NCBI GenBank assembly: GCA_044229845.1
Contig: JBGASG010000001.1
Span: forward strand, 992,001-1,056,000
Length of the DNA: 64,000 bases
Origin: Candidatus Obscuribacteraceae bacterium
GTDB taxonomy: Bacteria; Cyanobacteriota; Vampirovibrionia; Obscuribacterales; Obscuribacteraceae
Direction of reading: 5' to 3'
In this document: positions 47,850 through 57,860 of the stretch, piece after piece
Layout: every line of letters begins with the position of its first letter
Position numbering within the stretch: position 1 is the first letter of the stretch
Made by a program: the position numbers and the translations under genes
The notes under the pieces: generated by a model
What the model was told of the DNA's origin: nothing
What the model saw: the letters and a program-made list of their open reading frames with translations, nothing else
The model's database searches: none

Positions 47850-50800
47850 ATGTTTCGCAGAGTCAATCGTCGCCAGATATTCAGACAAGTCACGAGTTCG
47901 CTCATGACACTTCTGATTGCTTACCCGCAGGTGGTAGTACCTGTGGTGGCAGCTGAGCCTCCACACCCCGCGAGGCGCTCGGTGCACGCACCGAAGAAGA
48001 AACCTCACCATCCTATTGGTGCGGTCAGCGCTCAAGAGCGGGCGGCAATGGCGACGGCGCGAAAGCATCAGTTCGTTTTGTCAGCTGCTCCTACGGACGC
48101 AGAGATTTTCAGATCGAGGGCATTCTCAGAGCCACTGGTGCCTATGGCAGGATCACCAGTGGACGGAGAGAATGGCGAGCTTGCGAAGGCGCTGATTGCA
48201 TTCAAGGCAAAGAATGACCTGGAAGACGTGTCCGCGATCACTGCCTTTATGGATCAGCATCCGAATTCGCGCTGGAATGCGGCACTAGCACTAAATGTTG
48301 GACTAATTTGTAGAGAAACGGGCTTCATCAGTCGGGCGCTTGTACTCTTGAAGCGCGCCTGGGACGAATCAAAGAAGCGCAACGGCGAAGCGGAGTCCCG
48401 AATCGGGCAGCGAGCGATTTCGGAATTGCTATTTTTAGAAGGAACCATCGGTAGACTGGCTGAAATGAAGGCCGGGCTTCTCGATATCGGCGACCGTCCG
48501 ATGGTCGGATCGAACCGAGAGAGGGTTGATGCAGCGCGTGACGCTGTTCAGGTTATGGAAAAGGCGCCAGGCGTTGCGTTCAGATGCGGTCCACGCGCCG
48601 TCCAGACGTTACTTGAGCAGAAGCAGGGCGCGCCTGTGCCCGCTGATTCGTTCATCAGATCGGCGCAGTCAACAAGCAAGGGAAACTCATTGCTTGAGGT
48701 CAAGCAATTGGCTGAGCGAGGCGGTTTGCAAATGCAAGTAGCCAAGCGCGCGCCGGGTGCAGAAGTATTGCTGCCTGCTGTCATGCACTGGAAGGCAGGA
48801 CACTATGGAGCATTGACAGCGTCGGCCGGCGATAAATTCCACGTTGAAGATCCGACTTTTGACCGTAACGGTCCGTTGTGGATAAGTAAAACTGCAATTG
48901 ATTCGGAGAGCGACGGGTTCTTCCTTGTGCGCGCTGGGCAGCTACCAGCCGGCTGGCAATCCGTATCAAATGAAGAGGCTGCGACTGTATTTGGAAAGGG
49001 CTACATGCAAACGAGTAACGAGAATAAGAGCTCGTCTGCGCCGATCGTTTCGTTTGCCCCTCCAGGCAAACATGTTTGGGCAATAAGCGTGCCATCGCAG
49101 TCGCCAAGTAAAACGCCAAGCAACACGGCAAGCCCACCGCAGTCGTCGAATCCCGGCGACCCATCTGATGATGATTCGTGCACTGTGGGCAAGGGGGCGC
49201 ACAATTTTGAAGCGCAGGACTGGAATGGCAATTGGACAGACATAACTCCTATGGCAGTGGCAGACTGCTGGGCCATGCAGTGCGAACTAAAGATCTCAGA
49301 TGTGCCGCTAGGTTACAACTTGCCAATCGGACCTGCGATGGGCTTTTCTGTCAATTACAATCAGAATGAGATCGAGCAACCGACCACCTTTACTTTCTCA
49401 AATTTGGGACCGAACTGGTCGACAAACTGGGTGTCGTGGATCAGTGTAGATGGTTCCGATAAAGCAACAGTACATCTGCGCGGCGGCGGGGTTGAACCAC
49501 ACATATACAGTGGCAATTCGGGGGATCCATACTCACCGGATTTGTATTCGCAAGCTGATATCGAGGTCCCCAGTGCTGGCGTCTATCATCGGATGCTTGC
49601 TGATGGCTCCATCGAAGTATTCGACCTCGATGACGGCAACGACAATTTCTTTATGACAGAAGTAATTGATTCGTCGGGTAACTCGACGACGATTCAATAC
49701 GATGTCGACTTCCGAATCGCTTCTGTCACAGATATGAATGGCAATGTCAGCACGTTCGACCACGCTTCAAACAATCCACTCGATAGCGACTTCTATTTGA
49801 TCTCGGCGATCCACGATCCATTTGGAAGATCGTGTTCATTTTTCTATGATGGAAATGGATTTCTCGAAACGATCACCGATCTTGTTGGCATCGAATCAAG
49901 CTTTACGTACGATGTTGGGACTGGCTTCATAGAGTCGATGACGACGCCATACGGCACGAGTTCATTTGACAGTTACTCAATTACAGCGGGTTACATTTAT
50001 CCCGGTAGGGGTTTGAGTATTTCATACCCTGATGGCACCAGTTCTGTAATTGAGCACACATTGGATCACGAAAACGAAACGCATTATTGGGACCGCGAGG
50101 CCATGGCACGCTACCCAAATGATCCAACCAACCGGATATTTTCGCACTGCCGCAAGACAACGTGGTTTGCTGAGGGTTTCTCAGCTAATGTTGCGCCAAT
50201 TGCACGTGCTTCAAAGAATCCGCTTGAGTCTCAGATTGCATACACGTACCCGAATCAAATCTTTTCAGGCTTCTACGACACACTAAACCGGCCGAGCGCA
50301 ATCACGCAACGAAATGACTATAATTTGAAAGCGCGTTTTTCGATTACGGGCACCATCACGCCAGGAGATATTCTCTCGGTGCGGATCTGGAATAACCTGC
50401 TGCCGGGTACAGTGAATACGGTATCCTATACGGTGCAGAGCGGAGACACCGCCAACGATATACTCGAAGAATTGGGCGACCTGGTCAACAACGACAGCGA
50501 ATTTCTCAAGCGCGGAATCTACGCTGAAATGGACGATGGCTACCTGGTCGTAACTCCCGAAGATGTCTATTACAGTTATCCGCAGGCGCTGACATCAGGC
50601 GGCGCTACCGAGACTTTCACAGCGGAGCTGGAACAGGACTGGAGCCGCTCTCCCGTGAGCATAGTTTTCGGCGGCACACCAACTGCCGGTGACATTGTCT
50701 ACTTGCACTCGGCTTATCCACCTACCTACCCAGTCTTCTCGTACACTGTCGTCAGTGGAGACACGCTGGAAACGATCGCTCAGAAAGTTGCATACATGCT

Positions 50801-53800
50801 AACGGATGACTCGTTCAGTCGTTCCCATAATTGCTCCTTCTCTGCGAGCGGTAACAAGATCTTTTGTCACTTGGGCTGGGGAGTCGGTGCGTTCTGGGCT
50901 AACTACTCAGGCAACACGACAGCCGGGACCAGCGCTGTGACCGATCAAACCCAATCGCTGTACGAGTGGAACGTACTTGGTTATCCCACCAAAGTCACCG
51001 ATCCCGCCGGGCGCGAGATTTCCTACGAGTACGCCGCAAACAATATTGATTTGGAGGAAATTCACGAAACTCGCGACAGCAATGACTTCGTCCTTGCGAC
51101 TTTTACATATAACAGCCAGCACCTGCCGCTGACAAAAATAGACGGCTCAGGACAAGAGACCGACATGACATACAATGTCTTCGGGCAGCTCACCTCTGTC
51201 ACGGATACCCTGTCTAATGTGACGACGTACGAATATACCTCAACGGAGACAGCCACCATTGGCGGCACCATCAGCTCGGGCAACCAGGCAAGCATCACCG
51301 TGTCTGATCCGGATCTGCCTGGTGGCTCGGAGACGGTATCTCACACCGCTACGCCGGGGCAAACGGCTAGCAACGTCGCTGCATCATTGGCTTCCAATAT
51401 CAATGGCAATACAGATCTGCAGACCCTCGGCGTTTCGGCGAGTGCAAGTGGTGCAGACTTGACCATCAAGTCTGTTTCGGTCAACGCGACGAGCTATAGC
51501 CAGGCGGTAACTGGCGGCGTGACCGTCTCCCTGTCGCCGGTCGCCTATGGCTTCCTGACAAAAATAACCGGTCCGCTTCAAGAAGACGATGTCACAACCC
51601 TGGTCTGGAATGAAAACGGAACGCTCGCGTCAAGCACGGATGCGGAAGGTTACACATTGTCGTTTGACTACGATGACATGGATCGTTTGGTCAAAACGAC
51701 ATTTCCTGATCAGACCACGCAGCAGATAGTGTTCCAAGACCTTGATGCGATCTTCTTCATAGATAGACTGGGGAGGACCACACAACGGTCATTCGACAAC
51801 ATGGACCAGCTCGCATTCGAGATTGATCCGCTGGGCAGAAAGACATCCTATAACTGGTGCTCTTGTGGATCTTTGAGCACACTAGTCGATGCTGTTGGAC
51901 ACACAACGACCTGGAATCACGATTTACAGGGACGAGTCATTGAAAAAATCCTGGAGGACGGTTCAACCACAAAGTACATCTGGGAAGCCAATCGCAGCGT
52001 GCTTCAACTGAAGCGCGACGCTCTTGGACAAGAATCACAGTACTATCACAATTGGGACGGCAGTTTAAATTCCGTCCACTACGAAAATGCGGTGAACGCC
52101 ACGTCCACCGTTCTCAATACGTACGACATGCATTTCAACCGTCTGATTCAAGCCCGCAATGGCTGGGGCACCTACGATTACGAATACAACGATTACATTA
52201 CTGACCCGACCGATCCTCCCATCACAGGTGGTGGCAGGCTGGCGACGATTACAAATACCGTTATCCCGAATTCCGACATAGCTTTTGAATATGACGAAAT
52301 GGGAAGAACGACAAACCGCTCCATAGATGGTGCAAACAATTCCATCGATTGGGTTTACGATGGAATGTCTCGGGTCCTTTCAGAGACGAACGAACTCGGG
52401 CAATTCGACTTCACCTATGTGGATGATGGCGTCGGCGTTTCCAAAGGGCAATCACGGCTCGCCAGCATCGCTTATCCGAATGGTCAAACGACCAACTTCG
52501 ATTGGTACGAAAACGATCAAGATCAACGCTTACGCGAGATAAAGAACTTAGATCCAAATTCGCAAGCTCTCTCGCAATTCAACTACGCGCAAGATCCTTC
52601 GGGACAGATCACCCGTTGGATGCAACAGCAGAAGAGTCGACACCTCGGTTTCGGACTTGATTACGATTCCGCAGGTCAACTCACCGGGGCGGTCAGTGGC
52701 AAGGGCGTTCTGCCCGCACCATTCGCAGACCAGCATTTCTTCTCGTACGACTCCGCTGCCAATCGCACCGGCGTGCAAACCAGCCAGGTCCAAAATCTGG
52801 TTATCGCTGGCAGTAAGACCACCAGTGATGTCATCACTGTCACGGCAACTGACAGCGGTCTGAGCGGCGGCACTGAAGCGGTCGCGTACACAGTGCTTTC
52901 AGGAGACACGTTAACGACGATTGCGGCCAATCTGGCTGCAACGATTACTGCAAACTCCGATTGCCAGTCGGTCGGCATCGATGCCGTTTCGAGCGGCACA
53001 ACCGTGACGATCAGATCGAAGTCACCGAATGTGACTACCTTTGCGACGAGCTTGAGTGGTGGTGCGACAGAAACCGCCAGCCTTGGTGTGAATGCCGCCG
53101 TGCATAACGCCACTATCGGAGGAACACCAACCACGAGCGACGTTGTTCAAATAACTGTCCACGACCCAGCTCTCGGCGGCGGTTCGACCAGCGTCAGCCG
53201 CACCGTCCAGGGCGGGGACACGTTGACCTCAATTGCGACTGCACTAACTTCCTCTATAAATGGAAGCGGCAGCCTCTCCGGCGCCGGCATCACCGCTACA
53301 TCTAATGGACCTGTGATCGCGATCCAGTCGCTCTCTCCGAATGTGACAACGTTCACGAAATCAGTGACGGGCGCAGGCACGGAAACCGTGGCTATGGGTC
53401 CAAGCCTCAACGGCACAGTCAAAGCATTGATTGCCGGGAGTAAGACAACATCAGATGTCTTAACGCTCACCGTTTTCGATCCGGGGCTATCCGGCGGGTC
53501 TAAGGGTGTTTCGTACACAGTCCAAAGCGGAGACAACCTGACCTCTATCGCGAGCGGGTTCGCCTCCGCAATCAACGCGGACACGGATCTGCAAGGCATA
53601 GGCGTAACAGCCAGTGCCTCAAGCACCACGCTGACCGTGACATCCGTGTCTCGCAACGCCACCAGCTATCTTCCGTCGAGAAGTAGCAGCGCAACCGAAA
53701 CCATTCTCTGGGACCTCCCAGCGAACGGCACGGTGACGGCTGTCATTGGCGGGACCAAGACAACAGGCAATGTACTCACGATAACGACCTACGACGCTGG

Positions 53801-55373
53801 CTTGGCCGGCGGCTCTAAGGCCGTAAATTACACGGTCCAGAGCGGCGACACGCTGAATTCCATTGCTTCGGGAGTTGCGACCAACATCAATGCCGACACG
53901 GACCTCCAAGGGGTAAGTGTGTCCGCTGTTGCGGTCACTCCGACCTCTGGCGTCTCGGTCGTCAACCTGATTTCAGCGTCCAAGAACGCGACCACATATG
54001 CCAAGTCCCTGAGCGGAGGAGCTACCGAGACGATTGCGCTAAGCAAAAACGTCGGGGTTTCTCAAGCCACATTCAACAATGTGAACGAGCTGACCGGGGT
54101 TTCTGCCGGTGGCAACGCCCGATTCCAAGGAAACACGGACAGACCGGTCTTGCCGGTCACCGTGGCAGGCAATGCCGTTGACATGCCGACATCCCAGAGT
54201 TTCTCTGGAAATGCAGCTCTGTCGTCTGGCAGTAACAGCGTCTCTGTAAGCGCAACCGCCGGAGGCGGAAGCGGCACAACCACGAACGCGCACAAGCTGG
54301 AAGTGGTTGGTGCGGGCACTCAAACGCTCACCTTCGATGACAACGGCAACATGACCAGTGATGGTACGAATACCTTCGTATGGGACGCGGAAAACCGTTT
54401 GATTCAGATCACGTATCCAAGCGCGAACAACAAGACTGAGTTCACGTACTCGCCGACTGGGGGCCGGGTCAAGATTGTCGAGACGGTCTCGGGCTCTGTG
54501 ACTTCGACGAAGCAATTTGTTAGCGGGGAGGAGCGTGATGGAAGTGGCAATGTGACTAAAATGTTTTTCTCGCAAGGAGTACAGGACGGAGCGGATAGCT
54601 ACTTCTATACAAAGGACCACTTAGGCTCCATCCGCGCACTAGTGGATGATTCGGGAATTGTTCAGGGGGCATTCGCTTTCGATCCCTATGGCAGATCAAC
54701 CCGACTTGAGGGCACCGTCGATAGTGATTTTGGATTTGCTGGCATGTATCTGCACGCCAGAAGCGGGCTGGGACTGACAGCGTTCAGAGCATACAGCTCA
54801 ACCTATGCACAGTGGTTGAGTCGAGATCCTGTTGCATCGGCTGGCGATTCATATACCTACGCGGGAAATAGACCCACAATAGCGAAGGATCCATTGGGGC
54901 TGCTTTATACGCTCGAGATTGATCCTTCGGGAACAGAGGTTTGGATCACGCTGCCATTAAGTTTTGAGGGCGACGGGGTCTCGCAGGATCGCATCAATCA
55001 ATACATCCAAGGGATTGAATCCACCTGGTCTAACCAGTTTGGAAAATACAATGTCCACATGAAAGTAGTTCAGCCGCCTAAGGGGCAACCGTGTAATTCC
55101 ATCTCTTTGCGAAAGTTTGGTCGACGGTCAAAGAGCAGTTACGAAAAATCAAATGGTAAATGGATTAACTGGATTATGGACTTGATGGGACCAGGATGGT
55201 CGGCGGCGCATGAAGCCGGGCATCTAATGGGGTTGGACGACACCTACTTTTTCATTGGCGACGTTGGCATTCCAGGAACAGGGTCCGACGATATCATGGG
55301 TGGCAAGCCAGGGTCCAAGCCGAATGAAGGTGTAATTCAGCAAATTATCAACAACTCTACACCGATACCGTGA
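47850..55373 (+). CDS. RHS/YD-repeat protein (2507 aa): signal peptide, C39-like peptidase, RHS shell with seven inserted repeats, C-terminal HExxH domain
   Basis: AAGGAG RBS; CGP...HW..GHY...EDP; YD repeats; DHLGSIR, FDPYG, WLSRDP, YTYAGNRP...DPLGL; AHEAGHLMGLDD. Confidence 0.92.
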   Translation: MFRRVNRRQIFRQVTSSLMTLLIAYPQVVVPVVAAEPPHPARRSVHAPKKKPHHPIGAVSAQERAAMATARKHQFVLSAAPTDAEIFRSRAFSEPLVPMAGSPVDGENGELAKALIAFKAKNDLEDVSAITAFMDQHPNSRWNAALALNVGLICRETGFISRALVLLKRAWDESKKRNGEAESRIGQRAISELLFLEGTIGRLAEMKAGLLDIGDRPMVGSNRERVDAARDAVQVMEKAPGVAFRCGPRAVQTLLEQKQGAPVPADSFIRSAQSTSKGNSLLEVKQLAERGGLQMQVAKRAPGAEVLLPAVMHWKAGHYGALTASAGDKFHVEDPTFDRNGPLWISKTAIDSESDGFFLVRAGQLPAGWQSVSNEEAATVFGKGYMQTSNENKSSSAPIVSFAPPGKHVWAISVPSQSPSKTPSNTASPPQSSNPGDPSDDDSCTVGKGAHNFEAQDWNGNWTDITPMAVADCWAMQCELKISDVPLGYNLPIGPAMGFSVNYNQNEIEQPTTFTFSNLGPNWSTNWVSWISVDGSDKATVHLRGGGVEPHIYSGNSGDPYSPDLYSQADIEVPSAGVYHRMLADGSIEVFDLDDGNDNFFMTEVIDSSGNSTTIQYDVDFRIASVTDMNGNVSTFDHASNNPLDSDFYLISAIHDPFGRSCSFFYDGNGFLETITDLVGIESSFTYDVGTGFIESMTTPYGTSSFDSYSITAGYIYPGRGLSISYPDGTSSVIEHTLDHENETHYWDREAMARYPNDPTNRIFSHCRKTTWFAEGFSANVAPIARASKNPLESQIAYTYPNQIFSGFYDTLNRPSAITQRNDYNLKARFSITGTITPGDILSVRIWNNLLPGTVNTVSYTVQSGDTANDILEELGDLVNNDSEFLKRGIYAEMDDGYLVVTPEDVYYSYPQALTSGGATETFTAELEQDWSRSPVSIVFGGTPTAGDIVYLHSAYPPTYPVFSYTVVSGDTLETIAQKVAYMLTDDSFSRSHNCSFSASGNKIFCHLGWGVGAFWANYSGNTTAGTSAVTDQTQSLYEWNVLGYPTKVTDPAGREISYEYAANNIDLEEIHETRDSNDFVLATFTYNSQHLPLTKIDGSGQETDMTYNVFGQLTSVTDTLSNVTTYEYTSTETATIGGTISSGNQASITVSDPDLPGGSETVSHTATPGQTASNVAASLASNINGNTDLQTLGVSASASGADLTIKSVSVNATSYSQAVTGGVTVSLSPVAYGFLTKITGPLQEDDVTTLVWNENGTLASSTDAEGYTLSFDYDDMDRLVKTTFPDQTTQQIVFQDLDAIFFIDRLGRTTQRSFDNMDQLAFEIDPLGRKTSYNWCSCGSLSTLVDAVGHTTTWNHDLQGRVIEKILEDGSTTKYIWEANRSVLQLKRDALGQESQYYHNWDGSLNSVHYENAVNATSTVLNTYDMHFNRLIQARNGWGTYDYEYNDYITDPTDPPITGGGRLATITNTVIPNSDIAFEYDEMGRTTNRSIDGANNSIDWVYDGMSRVLSETNELGQFDFTYVDDGVGVSKGQSRLASIAYPNGQTTNFDWYENDQDQRLREIKNLDPNSQALSQFNYAQDPSGQITRWMQQQKSRHLGFGLDYDSAGQLTGAVSGKGVLPAPFADQHFFSYDSAANRTGVQTSQVQNLVIAGSKTTSDVITVTATDSGLSGGTEAVAYTVLSGDTLTTIAANLAATITANSDCQSVGIDAVSSGTTVTIRSKSPNVTTFATSLSGGATETASLGVNAAVHNATIGGTPTTSDVVQITVHDPALGGGSTSVSRTVQGGDTLTSIATALTSSINGSGSLSGAGITATSNGPVIAIQSLSPNVTTFTKSVTGAGTETVAMGPSLNGTVKALIAGSKTTSDVLTLTVFDPGLSGGSKGVSYTVQSGDNLTSIASGFASAINADTDLQGIGVTASASSTTLTVTSVSRNATSYLPSRSSSATETILWDLPANGTVTAVIGGTKTTGNVLTITTYDAGLAGGSKAVNYTVQSGDTLNSIASGVATNINADTDLQGVSVSAVAVTPTSGVSVVNLISASKNATTYAKSLSGGATETIALSKNVGVSQATFNNVNELTGVSAGGNARFQGNTDRPVLPVTVAGNAVDMPTSQSFSGNAALSSGSNSVSVSATAGGGSGTTTNAHKLEVVGAGTQTLTFDDNGNMTSDGTNTFVWDAENRLIQITYPSANNKTEFTYSPTGGRVKIVETVSGSVTSTKQFVSGEERDGSGNVTKMFFSQGVQDGADSYFYTKDHLGSIRALVDDSGIVQGAFAFDPYGRSTRLEGTVDSDFGFAGMYLHARSGLGLTAFRAYSSTYAQWLSRDPVASAGDSYTYAGNRPTIAKDPLGLLYTLEIDPSGTEVWITLPLSFEGDGVSQDRINQYIQGIESTWSNQFGKYNVHMKVVQPPKGQPCNSISLRKFGRRSKSSYEKSNGKWINWIMDLMGPGWSAAHEAGHLMGLDDTYFFIGDVGIPGTGSDDIMGGKPGSKPNEGVIQQIINNSTPIP

Positions 55374-55824
55374 ACTTAGAGGATGCGACACAACGTTTTG
55401 TCTTCAGAATCGCTAGCCGGAGCAGTAGTGTTATCCCAATGATGGTGGAAACTATCAGAGTCAGAAGCGCTACACCCCAGCTATCTGAAGCAACCCAAGG
55501 CACATGATTTCTGTTCATAATCGTAATCGTGCTCTGGCGAAACTGCCAGGGCACGTGCACATACATGCAATCTGAAACAGGACGACCACTGAACTGGACT
55601 GACCACAGCTCTTGCAGATTGCAGGTAGAGGCATCCGCAAATCCCACGCGCTCGATCATCTTGGCTGATTGCGCATTCGAAATTAACGCCCTGAAATTGG
55701 CATAGTCAAGGCGGCGGCCATGCTGGGTAGGATCGTGCAACCAAAGGCAAGCCCACGCAATGACAATAGCAAGAGAACTCAAGCCAATCAGACGCCGCCA
55801 CTTTCGCACCATCGCATCTTTCAT
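55357..55824 (-). CDS. Hypothetical 2-TM membrane protein
   Basis: Two hydrophobic helices flanking a soluble loop; convergent with the RHS gene. Confidence 0.55.
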   Translation of the reverse strand: MKDAMVRKWRRLIGLSSLAIVIAWACLWLHDPTQHGRRLDYANFRALISNAQSAKMIERVGFADASTCNLQELWSVQFSGRPVSDCMYVHVPWQFRQSTITIMNRNHVPWVASDSWGVALLTLIVSTIIGITLLLRLAILKTKRCVASSKFTVSV

Positions 55825-56320
55825 CGGAGAACGCCCAAAGCAAAACGACTTTACTCCATAACAATAAACTGGAATTTTGTGGATGGGAAGCGTGTTTCTC
55901 CCACATTGCCGTGTTCCGACGGTGCCAGGCTACAGACTTTTGGTGATTTTAGTGGCTGATCGAACGCGGAACGGGCTACTTTGCGCCGCATAGATGACCA
56001 TTTCCGAGGACCTTTTTTCTCGAAAGTGGTATCAAAACCGGCACTTTGCCGCAATTCGACGCATGCACTTGTGTTTGAAGGACTACTGGAACGAATCCGT
56101 ACCCACTGCTGCACTCGCGTAGGGACCGCTGCCTGAAGCACCCGAAAGCGGACCACGCCTCCACCTCGCTTTGATGCTATCATCCTGAAATAGCCTTGCT
56201 GGACAGCGCTTCCGATTATCACTCGTTGCTCTGGCGGGGCGGTTTTCGCTTGGAAAAAGACATGGGTGTGGGGACTCAGGGATAGTTGTGTCAGTTTTGA
56301 CAGTGCGGGATCTGCTCTTA

Positions 56321-56413
56321 GCGCCTACCCTGCGCCTACCGTTTTGACTTCGCCCCAATATCACTACTGCCGCCTACCGTCGCCTACTTTTAATCTGCCT
56401 ACCGCGCCTACCG
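56321..56413. repeat. Six GCCTAC(C) direct repeats in three tandem pairs; probable integrase arm-type sites
   Basis: Pairs at 56321-56340, 56371-56388 and 56397-56413, immediately upstream of the integrase. Confidence 0.7.
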
Positions 56414-56431
56414 CTTTGGAGGAAACCAATC

Positions 56432-57673
56432 ATGCCCAGACTGACCGCCAACTTCATAAACACAAAAGTAGAAATGCCCGGACCTGGCAAAACCCTCTTC
56501 TACAGGGACTCTGAGCTTACCGGCTTCGGTCTGAAAGTGACCAGCACCAAGATGACTTACTTCGCTGAGGCCAGGGTGAATGGATGTAGCCGAAGAGTCA
56601 CGCTTGGTAATGCAAAGTTATCACCACCTGAAGAAGCCAGAAAAATGGCATTAGCGATATTAGGGAAGATGGCAGCCGGTCATGATCCGACGAAGGAGAA
56701 GCAGCGGCGCAAACGTGTGTCACTTACCTTGGGTGAGGCGTTCGATGAGTACATGGCGGCAAAGACGCTTCGTCCGAATACGGTTGCATCGTTCAATCGA
56801 GTGATGAATCAGAACCTAGGTGACTGGCTCGCCAAGCCAGTTACCTCCATCACTCGCAGCATGGTGCTGGAGCGGTACAGCCAGCTGGGCAGTGGCAGCA
56901 AGAAGGGAACATCCGGCAAAGCCAATGCCAATCTGACGATGCAGGTCTTGCGGTCCGTCCTCAATTACGTCTCCTACAAATATGCAGAGCAGGGTGAGCC
57001 GCTGATCGCCGATAACCCGGTTCGGGTCCTCCGGCAGACAAAGGCCTGGCACCGGATTCCTCAACGGCAGGGAATCATTCCAGATCACAAACTTCGAGAC
57101 TGGGTTTTGTCAGTTTTGTCACTAAGGAATCCCGCCGCTCGTGACTATCATCTCGTGCTCTTGTTCACAGGATTGCGGAGAAACGAAGGCGCTCAACTTG
57201 AGTGGCGTGATGTTGATTTGGAGGCGAAGACATTGACCATCAGGGCCGAGAACAACAAGAGCGCCAGGGAAGCAAGGCTACCGTTGAGCGACTTCCTGTA
57301 CGAGTTGTTTGCTCGCAGATTCGCGGAAAACAATGGATCTAGTTTTGTATTCGCTGGATGGAAAGGAAAGGGACGGTACTACGGGTGCTACCAATCGCTT
57401 AGAAAAATGCGTGAGCAATCTGGATGCGATTTCATTTTGCACGATATAAGGCGGACGTTCCTGACCATGGCAGAGCGGCTGGACATTCCGCACTACGCAC
57501 TGAAGAAACTGGCCAACCACACGATTTACGGTGATGTTACCGGCTCCTACCTCGTGATCGATGTCGAGCGCTTGCGTGAACCGATGCAGAAAATCACAGA
57601 CCGGTTTCTGGAATTGATCGGCGAGATAGCGACACCCGGCACTAGAAATGTCCCAGAATCGTCTAACCGGTAA
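56432..57673 (+). CDS. Tyrosine integrase with N-terminal arm-binding domain
   Basis: RDSELTGFGLKV, RRVTLG; catalytic TGLRRNE, K, HDIRRT, NH, Y; GGAGG RBS. Confidence 0.95.
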   Translation: MPRLTANFINTKVEMPGPGKTLFYRDSELTGFGLKVTSTKMTYFAEARVNGCSRRVTLGNAKLSPPEEARKMALAILGKMAAGHDPTKEKQRRKRVSLTLGEAFDEYMAAKTLRPNTVASFNRVMNQNLGDWLAKPVTSITRSMVLERYSQLGSGSKKGTSGKANANLTMQVLRSVLNYVSYKYAEQGEPLIADNPVRVLRQTKAWHRIPQRQGIIPDHKLRDWVLSVLSLRNPAARDYHLVLLFTGLRRNEGAQLEWRDVDLEAKTLTIRAENNKSAREARLPLSDFLYELFARRFAENNGSSFVFAGWKGKGRYYGCYQSLRKMREQSGCDFILHDIRRTFLTMAERLDIPHYALKKLANHTIYGDVTGSYLVIDVERLREPMQKITDRFLELIGEIATPGTRNVPESSNR

Positions 57674-57860
57674 AGGTTTTCATTAAGTTCGGTACAGTTG
57701 CCGCCCTCGGCTTGGGCGCATTTTATATGCGCTCTCTGCGGCCAATCAGCGGTCGTTTGAATATGCTGGCGGATCGCATACTCATGGTCGGATAGATCTG
57801 ATGCGCATTCTTGGCAGCATCGACTACAATTGATCCGTTGGCTTACGAAAGGAAATTTGA

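Noticed and set aside
50420..53870. Calling the RHS inserts canonical LysM domains
   Set aside because: Only the first LysM strand-helix motif matches; the second half of LysM is missing and the unit is ~100 aa.
56262..56284. Possible tRNA 3' fragment (minus strand ATCCCTGAGTCCCCAC) as att core
   Set aside because: No T-loop TTCRA and no clear CCA end; too short to support without the other element boundary.
55851..56364. Short ORFs between the RHS locus and the integrase
   Set aside because: No recognisable motifs and mutually overlapping; probably intergenic or decayed sequence.
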